This document shows positions 26,890 to 38,413 of a stretch of DNA of 64,000 nucleotides, in pieces. The first letter of the stretch is position 1, and each line of letters opens with the position of its first letter. The notes beneath the pieces are model-generated. The model was not told the DNA's origin and ran no database searches. It worked only from the letters and a program-made list of their open reading frames with translations. Source of the stretch: Heterodontus francisci (lineage: Eukaryota); assembly GCF_036365525.1 (NCBI RefSeq), contig NC_090404.1, positions 3,224,001-3,288,000 on the forward strand, written 5' to 3'. The translations under genes and the position numbers were made by a program.

Positions 26890-27427
26890 CACAGCCCTAC
26901 ACTGCCTAACAAAAACCTTCCGAGTTAATTATTGCTGTTTGTCTATTTTACTGATACAATGTAAAGTAACGGGCACCCATTTCTCCAACGAAGTTAAGTT
27001 GTCTGTCTGTCTGTCTGACTCTCAGACTGCAGGAATACCAACCTAGTGCTTCATCTGTTGCATGCCTGGCTCCTCGGTATCTATCTATTTATCTATCTAT
27101 CTATCTCGACATCAATGTAAATCATCAAAAAGATTGCCTTGACAATTATATTTGTTGATTAACTAATTTCTGTATTATATTAATATTCTATTGAATGCAC
27201 ATCGTTATTATGCCTTATATCTGTAAGTTTCCCAAGCATTTAATTCGAGGTAGGGATGACTAGTGGTGATAAGCAGACAAGGTTCGATCTGTATTTGGTG
27301 TGTAAGCTAAAGATTTCTGTTGGAACAATGAAGTTAGCTGCAGTTCAGAATTTTTAACTAACATGCTAATTCATTTATTTAATAACGATTATTTTACTTA
27401 GTTTACATATTATAACCCTTAACGTAC

Positions 27428-27484
27428 TTGGTACCACCGTCAGCTTTGTTCCAGATCCGAATGTCAGCTTATTGTCATACTCCG
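27428..27484 (-). CDS. TRAJ: J w37 EYDNKLTFGSGTKLTVVP (B)
   Basis: RSS cacagta/12/gcaaaaacc; donor GTACGT. Confidence 0.88.
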
Positions 27485-27699
27485 CACAGTATGATATGCC
27501 AGTGCAAAAACCTATTCTCCTAATTCTGGTTCCTAATTCTCACTAGAAAATTGAATAGAAAATCCTAACCTCGCTATAATATGTTATAGCAGAAGGAGAA
27601 TTGTTTCACTCGTCTTCCCTTCCCATTAACATTTAGTAACCATTCCACACCCATTTTCTCTGTCTGTGTACTTGTTTATCAACTGTTAAATATGCAACT

Positions 27700-27830
27700 T
27701 CGTCCAGTTCTGACGAAAGGTCATCGACCTGAAACGTTAACTTGGTTTCACGCCTCTCCACAAATGTTGCCTGATCTGCTGGGTGTTTCCAGCATCATAT
27801 TTTTATTTCGGATTTCCAGCATCCGCAACA
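27700..27830 (+). mobile_element. Penelope-like element terminal-repeat remnant with a minimal hammerhead ribozyme motif
   Basis: agtt-CTGACGA-a-aggtc(atc)gacct-GAAACGT-t-aact at 27706-27742; degenerate paralogs at ~10671, ~15602 and ~18541. Confidence 0.6.
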
Positions 27831-27930
27831 TTTTGAATGTTTACTAATCGACTTTAATCGTGTTGGTTACGCATGTGTTTGTACCACTCTTTTCGAGGCA
27901 ATTCAATTTTCCATACAGTTCGATAAGTAG

Positions 27931-27993
27931 TTGATTCTGCAATTATTTTGGTCCCACTTCCAAAGGGGAGCTTGGTCTGAGTTCAAGAAGTCT
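27931..27993 (-). pseudogene. Decayed J (family C), TS*TQTKLPFGSGTKIIAES
   Basis: FGSGT intact, in-frame TGA, donor CT, RSS aacagcc/12/tcggaaacc. Confidence 0.75.
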
Positions 27994-28621
27994 AACAGCC
28001 TTGCACCACCTATCGGAAACCCATGGTAATAACAAGGAATTCCGTTTGCAAACTCAATTTATTTTACTAACTACACTGAGATCAAATTAGAATGGACTCC
28101 TTCTAATTTCAGTGTCAAGATGCCCTAAGTTTTATTCAGTTACAAATCTTCCATCCGGTAAGATATATCATATTCCCTAAATGAAGGTAATTGCTCGATA
28201 GACTCCAGTCTGTAATGCAAAAAATACGAATTTTTCTGAAAGCAGGCTAGATTCTATAATTGATAGTCTTGGCATTTTATTAGTGACAATGATCCCACAT
28301 TAAACGGGTATCACACTGGCTGCAAGTCGTGCTGTTTATTGCATCGCATTATTTGTCATTAACCCAGTGGGAAGATGGATCGGGTAATAATTTCCAATTT
28401 AAATCATAATTTTAGGTTAATAAGCGCATAATGGGAGACAATTAACTGCGCTGATCAGAACCATCACATATTATTCGAACTACCATTTTCATACTCCAGA
28501 GAGAAGCACTGCAAATGCTCCAATATCCAGGCGGATTTGAACATATAGAGAAATTATGTGACATTGTAGACGGTGCAGGGAGCATACAAGTAAGTAGTTA
28601 TAGTTATGAATGAATACTTAC

Positions 28622-28684
28622 TTGGCTCCACAGTTAACTTTGTCCCTTTTCCAAAGATAAACTTGGTGTTGGCTCCAGTATTCA
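28622..28684 (-). CDS. TRAJ: J w38 NTGANTKFIFGKGTKLTVEP (D)
   Basis: RSS cacagca/12/gcaaaaact; donor GTAAG. Confidence 0.9.
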
Positions 28685-29887
28685 CACAGCATTGCGTCTT
28701 ATAGCAAAAACTCCCTTTAGACTAACTTTAGCGCAGTACATCATTCCAGCAGTTAGATTTGAATACTTGGCCTAACTCAACTTTATTATGGTGAAACTAT
28801 CTGAACCAATAATTTTAAATGATCATTGATAATTATTAGGCGCTTATGACCTCTATTATTACTCCGCCCGTTTACAACTGAATCATTACTTATTTCTTGC
28901 TCATTAAAGAGGTGAGGCTACCATTTCTATATCAGTTCACAAGACCTCTCCCAATGCTTCCAAGAACTTCTGAAAGTGGAATAGTGCCGCAGCATTTCCC
29001 TGGATTATCAACTTGTCTGCTGGATCATTAATGACACCTTAGGTTCTACATTCACAATGATGTTTCCTTATGTTCCACTAGTCAACTTCAGTAGCTCGTA
29101 ATTAATTTTCAGATAATTGCCAGTCTTTGATATAATTGGCATATTCTATTGAATATTATAATGTGAGCAATAATCAGGATCTTTTGGAGCTTCCTAAATT
29201 AAATTGCACAACTGAATAACAATAATAATAAACATTAGGCATTGGCATATATTTCAATTGTAAAAGAAAGTAATATTTGACCAAATCTGAGACTAACTGA
29301 GGTGAATATTGGAGGCACTCTTAGAGTTAAGAGAAAGACGATCACTTGTCTTAAGGTCCAATTACTTTACGAGTTCTTCCTGATCATTAGCAGACAATGC
29401 AGATTATTTTTGACAAGTGTTTAATGAAAATTCACACTAACCACTGATGGCCAAAATTATGCCATCCCCGTTCAGTTTCTATAAATTGCTCACTACCTCT
29501 TGACCGCTCAAAAATGCCGAAATATATACTAATTTCAAATCCACAATAAAGTATTTAATGAAAAATGAAGAACAATGGGAACTATTTCAATGGCATACAG
29601 CCCATCTGCTGACATCTTCAGAGAGCTCTCGTTTTGAAATTTCATGCAGAAAATTTTTAGTGTCTTATTTCACTACTAACTAACGCCTTATATTCTTGGG
29701 AGAGTCAGGGTTGCTTCCAAAGTGGTGACAGATGTTCCAAGAAAGTCAGCATCAATTGGACGAAACATCATTTTAATTTTGACGATGTCTAAATAGATGC
29801 AGGATGATAAAAAAAAAAGAGATTTCATGGGATTATGTTACAGGTAGTCTACTGAAGAATAAAGAATGGAGATGTAAAACAACTTAC

Positions 29888-29947
29888 TGGGTTGAACTAT
29901 GAGCCTTGTACCAGCTCCAAATATTGTCTTGTAGTTGTTAGCATTCA
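29888..29947 (-). CDS. TRAJ: J w39 NANNYKTIFGAGTRLIVQP (F)
   Basis: RSS cacacca/12/acaaaaatc; donor GTAAG. Confidence 0.83.
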
Positions 29948-30196
29948 CACACCATTACATCCCTTAACAAAAATCGTTTGCTGAGCACTGAGTCCTTTCC
30001 CCCAACACATTCCCAAGATAAATTAGTGATATATCATTAGCATTTGGGCAGTAGTTCACCTGCAAAGTACATAATCCGAGGGAAGTTCGCCAATAGATGA
30101 GAAATAAAATTTGATCCACATTTCAATTCATTCTATGCCTTGCGCCTTTTTTCTGTCAACAAGCATAAAGCAGACACCCTGAAACATCCCACTTAC

Positions 30197-30253
30197 TTGG
30201 TATAACATGGAGCCTGGTCCCAGATCCAAAGACCACCTTATCAGCAAAGTTCA
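30197..30253 (-). CDS. TRAJ: J w40 NFADKVVFGSGTRLHVIP (G)
   Basis: RSS cacagcc/12/actaaaacc; donor GTAAG. Confidence 0.88.
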
Positions 30254-30573
30254 CACAGCCTGATATGCTAATACTAAAACCTTTCCCAGCCAGCCATCCC
30301 CAGACATTGCATCATTTGTCATTTCTGAAAAGAAAATATAGCACTTCACTAAATAAGAACAAATTACTGGGATAATTGGCATCAAATCCGATTCATTCAA
30401 AAGACTTTTCCTGATATTGCAGCGTTTAGTACAACATTACTAAGTTCGAATCTGAGTTCAACCACCATTCTTAATCCCCTGTATGATTAAACTCCCAGTT
30501 CCTTGTAAATAGAAAACGCTCAGAAATCTTTGAATTGTAGAAACGTGTTGCAAATCTAAATGTTAACACTTGC

Positions 30574-30633
30574 TAAGCGTTACCATGTATTTAGTCCACC
30601 TTGCAGACATCAGTTTACCGTGTGCTGTATTTA
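30574..30633 (-). pseudogene. Decayed J, NTAHGKLMSARWTKYMVTL
   Basis: 60-bp phase-1 geometry; FGxG replaced by SARW; donor GCAAGT; RSS cacagca/11/acgaaaagt. Confidence 0.6.
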
Positions 30634-30874
30634 CACAGCACTGGTTCCTTCACGAAAAGTCAAGCAAGTAGTCCTAACGTCATCACAGCCTAACTCCCGC
30701 TTGCCTGCAATACTTGCTCGTTTTGGTTAATTATTGCCCAGATCCAGTCAGTGGTTTGCCCAATTGTTCAAATTACTCAGTTATCGCCAGATCATTTTCT
30801 GTGAACCTGACTTAAGATAATTCTAAAGCTATAGGCCATAACATGGTGAATTTAACACGGCTTGTGATACTTTC

Positions 30875-30937
30875 CATGTTCCGCAGTTAACGTTGTCCCG
30901 CTACCAAAAACAAGTTTGTTGTGGCCAGGGTAACCCA
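30875..30937 (-). pseudogene. TRAJ: J w41 GYPGHNKLVFGSGTTLTAEH, probably defective
   Basis: Heptamer cacagtg, but the nonamer (acaaaatct) only fits at 14-bp spacing; donor GAAAGT. Confidence 0.72.
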
Positions 30938-31184
30938 CACAGTGCCATTATCCCTATCACAAAATCTTCAGTTCAGTCTGGCTCAAATACCTCCTCCTAC
31001 CTGCTCAATACAACTCTACCCAGCATCCAGATACAATAGTTATCTAAATAAATGAGATTTTATTTATTAATTGCAGCAGCATTACTTTCGAATTCTCGTC
31101 CTATCTGCCCTATCATTACATCACCATATATCCTACAACTGTGAATTGAAATCTTTTAATTAATGACATGGAAAAAAAACATAC

Positions 31185-31246
31185 TTGGTTGTATTGTAAG
31201 TTGCGTGCCAGATCCAAATATGAGTTTGTAGCCATTGATATCCTCC
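31185..31246 (-). CDS. TRAJ: J w42 EDINGYKLIFGSGTQLTIQP
   Basis: RSS cacagtg/12/acaaaaact; donor GTATG. Confidence 0.9.
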
Positions 31247-31738
31247 CACAGTGACAATTAGATTGACAAAAACTACATTTCTACCAAAACAACACTGTGG
31301 GAGGCTTAGGAACGAATGTAATGAAACGTTTGAGTGGCATTCTTGCTTTTATTCATTGCTGCATCGTATCCAGAAATCGTCCAATTATCGAAACTGATAT
31401 ATATTTTGCAGCCTCAGTTTTTTTGCTCGCCTGTATCATTTTCCCCATTGAGAAATACCACCTTATCACTTGCAAAACAATGGACCCTTTCTCACGAAAA
31501 TTTAGGACGACAACTGCAAATTCATTGTAATTTCCTGCAGCTAATATTGGACTTTGGTTACTTCCAGTCAATCATTTGTCACACACAGTAAAGGGGATGG
31601 ATGTCGTTTTGTTCTTTTTGTTCATTATTGGGTGCAAGGTATAACCTATGCACGATGCTCATAAGACTCATGAACCGTTACACCCCCCAGTTTTAAGTCC
31701 AGTGATGTGAATAATAATTTACCATTTGCAGCACTTAC

Positions 31739-31801
31739 TTGGTTCCACAGTTACTTTCGTCCCAGTTCCAAAAGTCAGCTTGGTAGCACCGCTATAACTC
31801 A
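31739..31801 (-). CDS. TRAJ: J w43 SYSGATKLTFGTGTKVTVEP
   Basis: RSS cacgatg/12/acacaaact; donor GTAAG. Confidence 0.85.
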
Positions 31802-32370
31802 CACGATGCCATACTTCATAACACAAACTCAGCAGCTCTAATTGGCAGAATTCCTCTGTCATTACTTCTAAAGTCAGGTGGTCTGAGAATATTATCTGGT
31901 TGCAAATTATTCCAGTAGAACCCTATGGGGTCTTTTCAAATGTGATTTTGTGCTGCCAAATTTAATCTGAGCTAAATCCACATATTATATGAAAGACAAC
32001 ATTCTCTCACCAAAAGCCTTAACACTTGCATCAACTGGCACTATCCGCATTTCTTTTATTTTGCTACAATTGAACTATAAACAGATTTGTGAACTCTTCA
32101 GGTTCAGTTCTATCCCATATTCCAATTAATGATATTGGCTAGCAACAAATGACCAATGGTTTGATAACAAATTCTAGTTTCTAATTTCTCAATACCACGC
32201 CATTGCTTTGCTCCTTAATCGACCCTTTTTACAATGTTGTAACGATTGCATTTATCCTGTTTCATGTCGTTTCTAACTATTCATACTTGCATTTCAAAAT
32301 TTCGCTGGTACCTGCTAATTTATATTTCTCTGGCATCACTTCATTTCAATATAACCGTTTATATACTCAC

Positions 32371-32427
32371 TTGGAATGACAGTGAGTTTGGTCCCGGCTC
32401 CGAATGTGAGCTTATAACCATCATTCC
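32371..32427 (-). CDS. TRAJ: J w44 NDGYKLTFGAGTKLTVIP
   Basis: Consensus RSS cacagtg/12/acaaaaacc; donor GTGAG. Confidence 0.92.
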
Positions 32428-33225
32428 CACAGTGAAACATTGGCTCACAAAAACCCTCTTGTCGCTAAGGAATGTGTAATCATGATGCTAGGATTTAGGG
32501 TGTGGATTAAAAAAAAAAAATCCATTGTTCGTTGAAGTGTCTTCATACTAGTTACTGGTACTCGATCACAGTGTCAAAGGAACAGATCATACTTCTAGAT
32601 TTCTCAGTTACAAGCATTTTATGTAACTTGGCTGCCTGCAACTCACAACTGAGATAATATAATTTAACTTTAATGATCAACAAGGAAGAAGGTTTACTTC
32701 TGCATGCCATTCGGGTGATTGTGTTTCAATATTCGAAGCTCGTCAAATAAAGCTTATTTCTTAACTTGTGGCGAGCTACTCTTGACAATATTTCAACAGT
32801 GTACTTTATACACTATTGTTGTTTTCCCTTACATTGGTATTCTTTCGAATTGTCCTGATGAGTACAAGACGAAATGTTTCGACAAAATGACTATTTTCAG
32901 CAATTCTCAAATTCCAATGATATGATTCCCTTGTGATTTATCCTGGATACTGCCCTATACATATTGTCTGCTGTAATGGCATAATTCCATTCCTTGGAGA
33001 ATCAGCATTATGTCCACCTTACACTGGAATAATAGCATAGAATGTGTACATTGGTCCATTTTTCATTTACACACCCAAAGTTAATGCTAATTCTGAATCA
33101 TTGTTGTATCTGTTTAAAGAGAAACTGTTGGTATAAGTGAGCAATTAAACCATATCATTCAAACTACCCCGTGAACAATTGATTATTGGTGCTGAGTTTA
33201 TTCTTCAATGTGCTATCTTACTCAC

Positions 33226-33288
33226 TGGGTATGATGGTCAGTTTGGTCCCATTTCCAAAGATCAGTGGAGTTGCTGCCCCTGCATTCA
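33226..33288 (-). CDS. TRAJ: J w45 NAGAATPLIFGNGTKLTIIP
   Basis: RSS cacaatg/12/acaaaaacc; donor GTGAG. Confidence 0.9.
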
Positions 33289-33698
33289 CACAATGATTAA
33301 CGCCTTCACAAAAACCTTCATAGTCAATTGTTTAGCAGGGGAATCGATACTTCCCGCTGTCCCACTAAAGTGACAAAATGCCATTAAATTTGGCTCTAAC
33401 TTCCATCTCTCCCAGAGCTCCACATGGCGCATCTCCGTCTCTTTCCCTTCCTCGACTCCTCTATCTCTATTTTTAGGAATAGGCTGCTCACCAATTTATA
33501 CTGCAACATGACACCTCCGTTTTCATGTAGCCCTTTATACTGTAACAAGCCTCTTTATTTTGTTTTATCGTGCTTTTTCATGATTTCAGGAGAAATACAG
33601 CTACGTCTTGCTTCATTCCATTTGAAGTTTCTGAAACAAGAGCTACATATTCAACGCCAAGACAATAAGGTTGCGGAATTGTGATTTCAAGGACTTAC

Positions 33699-33764
33699 TG
33701 GGTGCCACGATTAACTGGGTTCCTTGTCCAAATGTTAACTTGCCAAAGCCGCCTCCAGCATTCA
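33699..33764 (-). CDS. TRAJ: J w46 NAGGGFGKLTFGQGTQLIVAP
   Basis: RSS cactgtg/12/acaaaaact; donor GTAAG. Confidence 0.9.
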
Positions 33765-34119
33765 CACTGTGTCAGATACCGGTACAAAAACTCCGTCCTG
33801 GGAGGAGCTTTTTGTTGTTGATAATGACACACTTTTATCATCTCCAATAATTTTCAACTAACTTAGTTTATGCATTTTTCACAAACCCATTTGAAAAATA
33901 ACAATGTCCTTCTTAAAACCCACATCATAGAGATTTTTTATAAAATAATTCCGAATCCTTGTCAATTGGTCTGACCTTGTCAACCCAGACCTGGTTAAAA
34001 TGTCATATTATTCCTCTAATCTTACATACATAACTTGCTAATTCACCGCTAAAGCTCATGTAACACCAAGTCATGTAAACAAACCAAACAGCCAGCATGG
34101 GAAGTGTTCAAGCTATTAA

Positions 34120-34460
34120 GGCCAACTGATAGGTTTGTAGAGAGAAAAAAAATCCGCTGGTTGAGGATTCCAGGATTAAGGGACAGAGACTAAACGTCAC
34201 AGCTCGAATGTTCAAGCATGAAGTTAGGGAACACTTCTGCACGCAAAGCTTGGCAGAAGTTTGGAACTCTCTTCCACAAACAGCAGTTGATGTTAAGACA
34301 ATTGGCAAATGCAAATGTGAGATCGCTACACATTTGTTAATGAAAAGTGTTAAGAGATATGGGCAAAGGAGGGTACATGGAGTTAGGGTGCAGATCAGCT
34401 ATAATCTCAATGAATGGTAGAACAGGCTCGAGTGGCTGAATGGCCTCCTGTTCCTGTGTT
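34120..34460 (+). mobile_element. CR1-type LINE 3' fragment
   Basis: ORF REHFCTQSLAEVWNSLPQTAV plus 3' UTR ggctgaatggcctcctgttcct. Confidence 0.75.
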
Positions 34461-34518
34461 CATCGGTTTACAGTGAAGGTATCTTAATTGTTAATGTAAT
34501 AAACGACAACACACTTAC

Positions 34519-34583
34519 TGGGTTCCACAAGTAGCCTGGTTCCTTTCCCAAATGTTAGCTTTTCTAGCCCTCCTCCATAATCA
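34519..34583 (-). CDS. TRAJ: J w47 DYGGGLEKLTFGKGTRLLVEP
   Basis: RSS cacagta/12/acaaaaacc; donor GTAAG. Confidence 0.9.
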
Positions 34584-35770
34584 CACAGTAAGATATGCCT
34601 TAACAAAAACCTGCTGTGTTAAACTGCATTACCTGCCCAACCACCATGTCTCATACTTTTGATACCCATTATGTGCCGCCACTTTTAATTTACACGCTAT
34701 TTCTCCATCGTATTCTTATATAATGCCATTCAAATTATGCAATGTCTTTGACAACGGAGTTATACGCAGAATTTGCGTTTAAAGATAATTTCAAAATAAT
34801 TGCCGAGGTTACCATAAACAGTCAAAAATAATCAAAGAAGTGATATGCTGGGAAAATATTATAACATTAAGACAGGATCTGTGATATCGTATCAGTATTC
34901 AATGGAAGCCTCAATTCAAATCAAACATTGATTTCATGTTGATAGGCTAGCACTGCTGTTTATCTGCCCCCAGTCCCGTAGTCTTCGTCAATCCTATTAC
35001 ACTTCATGTCAAATACATGACAATAATTTCACACAAGACTTCTCTCAATGAAATGAGACGTTGGACAATATACAGTTTAAAAAAATCTTCCTGATACATT
35101 TCTCTGGCATAAATCGCCCAGGATCCATTAATGGTATTCTGTTTAACAATATTTTACTGTTATTTTAGTTCTTATTCCAAGTCTGATCTGTTTGATTCCT
35201 TTTCGAACGGCCACACAATACTTATTTTTAACGACTAGAATGACTCCATGATACACAGGAATATGATTAGTTTTATGTAAAGCTAACCTCGAAAAAGACA
35301 TGTTGACATATTGTCAGCCCTCACCGAAAATAGCAAGGGTTGTGTATCTTGCAGTAACATTCATTATTTCAAATCGACTTTAGAAGCAATATTTTCAAAA
35401 GATATTCATCTCATTATCATCAGTTACAGGTAATCATCATTTTTAAAAATCAGATTAGATTGCATTCTTTGGTTTAAATGTATAGATTTTAGAGGACTAG
35501 CAGTATTACAACTAATCTGACTTCAACTCTGTTTGGTACAAGTTAATGATTTCCTGCAAGTTAACCCTATAAATGACAATTTATTTTGCTGAATTCTATT
35601 TCTAAGAGAAATCCAGCCCAGATTTATAAATTCATATGCTATTTTCTGGTTAGATGAATAAAATCACTCATAAGTTATCAAAAATCACGTTTTGAATTAA
35701 TAATACTGCCTTAACTCAGAATCTTGTAATGAATCATTACAAGACATTGTGGACACTTGTTGATACTCAC

Positions 35771-35833
35771 TTGGTATCACAATGAGTTGCGTTCCAGTTC
35801 CAAATGTGAGCTTCTCAGCTGCTCCAATATTCA
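35771..35833 (-). CDS. TRAJ: J w48 NIGAAEKLTFGTGTQLIVIP
   Basis: RSS cacatca/12/acaaaaact; donor GTGAG. Confidence 0.85.
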
Positions 35834-36437
35834 CACATCAATAAACATCCTAACAAAAACTCACCCTCGTTGGACACACTCACACTTCAAACACACTCTC
35901 AGTTGTGTTTATTCTACTGCAGACTTTCATATCAATTAACCTTGACTGATTGAATTCAACAATTAAAATATGTGAGATTACTGATCAACACAAGAATATC
36001 AGAAATAGGAGCAGAAGTCGGTCACGCAGCCCCTCGAACCTGTTGCACCATTCAATAAGAACATGGATCATCTTCTAACTGAAATCCAGTTCAGTGGAGT
36101 TGACAATGAAGGATTATGTTGGATAATATCAAAAAGTCGGCAGTCCATAGACCAAAAGGCTTATTAGAAACATTTTCAATACATGCTTGAAAGATGAGCA
36201 AATTAATTCGCTGAAATAGTTTCTCCTGAGTAATATAATCATTTATATATATATATTTCTATTCCAACCGACCATCTGTTATGAACAATACTCTCATTCT
36301 GTTCCCTCTCTGAACTGTTTGATGGCCTACCTGCTGAGATATTTCTCATTCAACCCCAATGCAATCAAGGCCAAATTATATTATTTTCTAGTAAAACTAA
36401 CATTGCGTTTTAGATAAGGCAAAAGGAACAGACTTAC

Positions 36438-36500
36438 TTGGGATTACAGTCAGTCGAGTTCCCTTTCCAAAAATTAGCTTGGTGCCTGCTGCATTATTCA
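36438..36500 (-). CDS. TRAJ: J w49 NNAAGTKLIFGKGTRLTVIP
   Basis: RSS cacagtg/12/acaaaaact; donor GTAAG. Confidence 0.92.
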
Positions 36501-37117
36501 CACAGTGTAATACGTCTCAACAAAAACTACATGCATTCAACACCTGTCTCCTTTTACATGCAGGGGAGAGAGGCAGTAATTAGATACGTGTGAGCCCCGA
36601 AAAAGCAACTTGGGTTTCTCCATCCCTGTCCAAGAGCGGCGAGGACAGCCTTAGTGACCTTGGCTTCTTTCCCATTTGCGATTGATAAAGCCAACAGCAA
36701 CCAGGGATATCATGTGGGGACTTTCTCGCTGACCTACATTGGTTCCCAGTCCAGCAACGGTACAATTCTCCCTCTGCTTTCCAATCCATCCATGGCCTCG
36801 CCCCTCCATATCTCTGAAATCTCCTCGAGCCCTACAACCGTTTGCTCTCATCCAATTCAGGACTCTTGCGAGCCCCGATTTTCCCCATTCCGCCATCAGC
36901 TGCCTAGGTCCTAAGCTCCAGAATTCCCTTCCTAAAATCCTCATCCCTCTGTCCTTCTTTAAGAAAAACCTGCAACCTGGGCCAACATGTTGTTCACCTG
37001 TCCTAATATCTCCTCATGTGGTTTAATGATGTTCCTGTGAAGCGCCTTGATTTTTTTTCTTAACTTAAAGGCGCTATACAAATATAACTTTTTTTTGTAA
37101 AAGTCACAGTTGTAAAC

Positions 37118-37483
37118 TTTTTTATTCGTTTGTGGATGTCGTCGTCGTTGGTTAGGCCAACATTTATTGGCTAAGCTTAATTGCCCTTGAATTGAGTGGC
37201 CTCCTCGGCATTTCAAAGGGCATTTTAAGAGTCAACCACATTGATATGGGTCTGGAGTCATGCGTCGGCCAGTCCAAGTAAGGGCAGCAGATTTCCTTCC
37301 CTAAAGGATATTCGTGAACCAAACGGGTTTTTACAACAATCGACATTATCATTAAACTAGCTTTTTAATACCAGATTTTTAAATTTGAATTCAAATTTCA
37401 CTATCTGCCGTGGTGGAATTTGAACCCATGTCCCCAGAGCATTAGCCTGGGCTCTGGATTACTAGTCCAGTGACATGACCACA
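37118..37483 (-). mobile_element. tRNA-derived SINE
   Basis: tRNA-like head with B-box GGTTCAAATTCC on - and an A-rich tail; second copy on + at ~40890-41247. Confidence 0.75.
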
Positions 37484-37697
37484 ACTGGTCAGTGCCCAAC
37501 AATTTGAGAACTGGAGAGTTCATTAACTCACTGTAGAGATCTTTTCCTTGATTCAGTCGACCTCTGGAAACAATTGAATTCTCCAGAGATCTACAAAATG
37601 TTTCAACTGGGATTCTAAGCAAGCCGTGGTTTTATTTTAACACCGTTTGCTATACCTAGTCAGATATTATACCACCAATTGACATTTGAGTACTCAC

Positions 37698-37763
37698 TGG
37701 CTTCCACGAGTAACTTGGTGCCTCTTCCAAATGTTAGTTTGTAGGCTGCACTACCAGATGCCA
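37698..37763 (-). CDS. TRAJ: J w50 ASGSAAYKLTFGRGTKLLVEA
   Basis: RSS cacggcg/12/acaaaaata; donor GTGAG. Confidence 0.85.
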
Positions 37764-38350
37764 CACGGCGTTATACACCATTACAAAAATACCATGTGTC
37801 CATCTGAACCTGGGAAATTACCACTGCTTCGGTGCATCCAGACTTTGTAAAGGCTTTATCGCATTTCAGATAATGTCCCATAACCTGTGAACTTGTACGG
37901 GGACGACATTGGATATAGGCTGGGACACAAAACAAGGGCTCACATTCTGTTGACACCCCGTCCAATATTCACTTGCATTGACTGATTAACATTGCTCTGA
38001 ATCACAGGCGTGTCCTACAATGGGGGGCAAAAAGCGGTTGTTTTGTGTCCCCGCTGATGTCTAATGTCACCCCATATTGTTGTATGTAGTTAACCTGAGC
38101 CGACCAAGTCAACTTGATCTTCCCAGCAGATATTAGCTTAGGCTGATGCCTCTAAATGACTCTCTTCCATACAGTGTCATTTGGCTAACCTTTCTGCATG
38201 GTGCTTTAGTATATAAGTTTTTATGTCTATATGGACAAATTTGACTCAAATGTTGGGAATCGTACATTCCAAAGATGCTCCAAGGTCTATAGTTTCTCCC
38301 TATGTGTTTGGCAAAGACAAGGTGCCAGTAATTCCAAGCAATGCACTTAC

Positions 38351-38413
38351 TCAGTTCAACTGTAAGCCTTGTCCCAGCCCCAAATATCAACTTGAATCCT
38401 CCGACATCACTCA
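38351..38413 (-). CDS. TRAJ: J w51 SDVGGFKLIFGAGTRLTVEL
   Basis: RSS cacatca/12/gcaaaaatc; donor GTAAG. Confidence 0.83.

Larger units (their letters stand above)
8660..30330. repeat. Tandem duplication of an eight-J cassette (order F-G-H-I-A-B-psiC-D) with deletion variants
   Basis: Full copies at 12974-16982 and 25088-28684; partial copies at 9073-12349, 17755-19879, 21038-23972 and 29888-30253. Intergenic sequence and old TE fragments are shared. Confidence 0.88.

Noticed and set aside
616-30330. CRISPR-like array (conserved repeats with variable inserts)
   Set aside because: Eukaryotic context with kb-scale spacing and no cas genes; the pattern is explained by J exons and RSSs
31520-31600. 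cacagta with a TGSNQSPILAAG reading
   Set aside because: No nonamer, donor or FGxG
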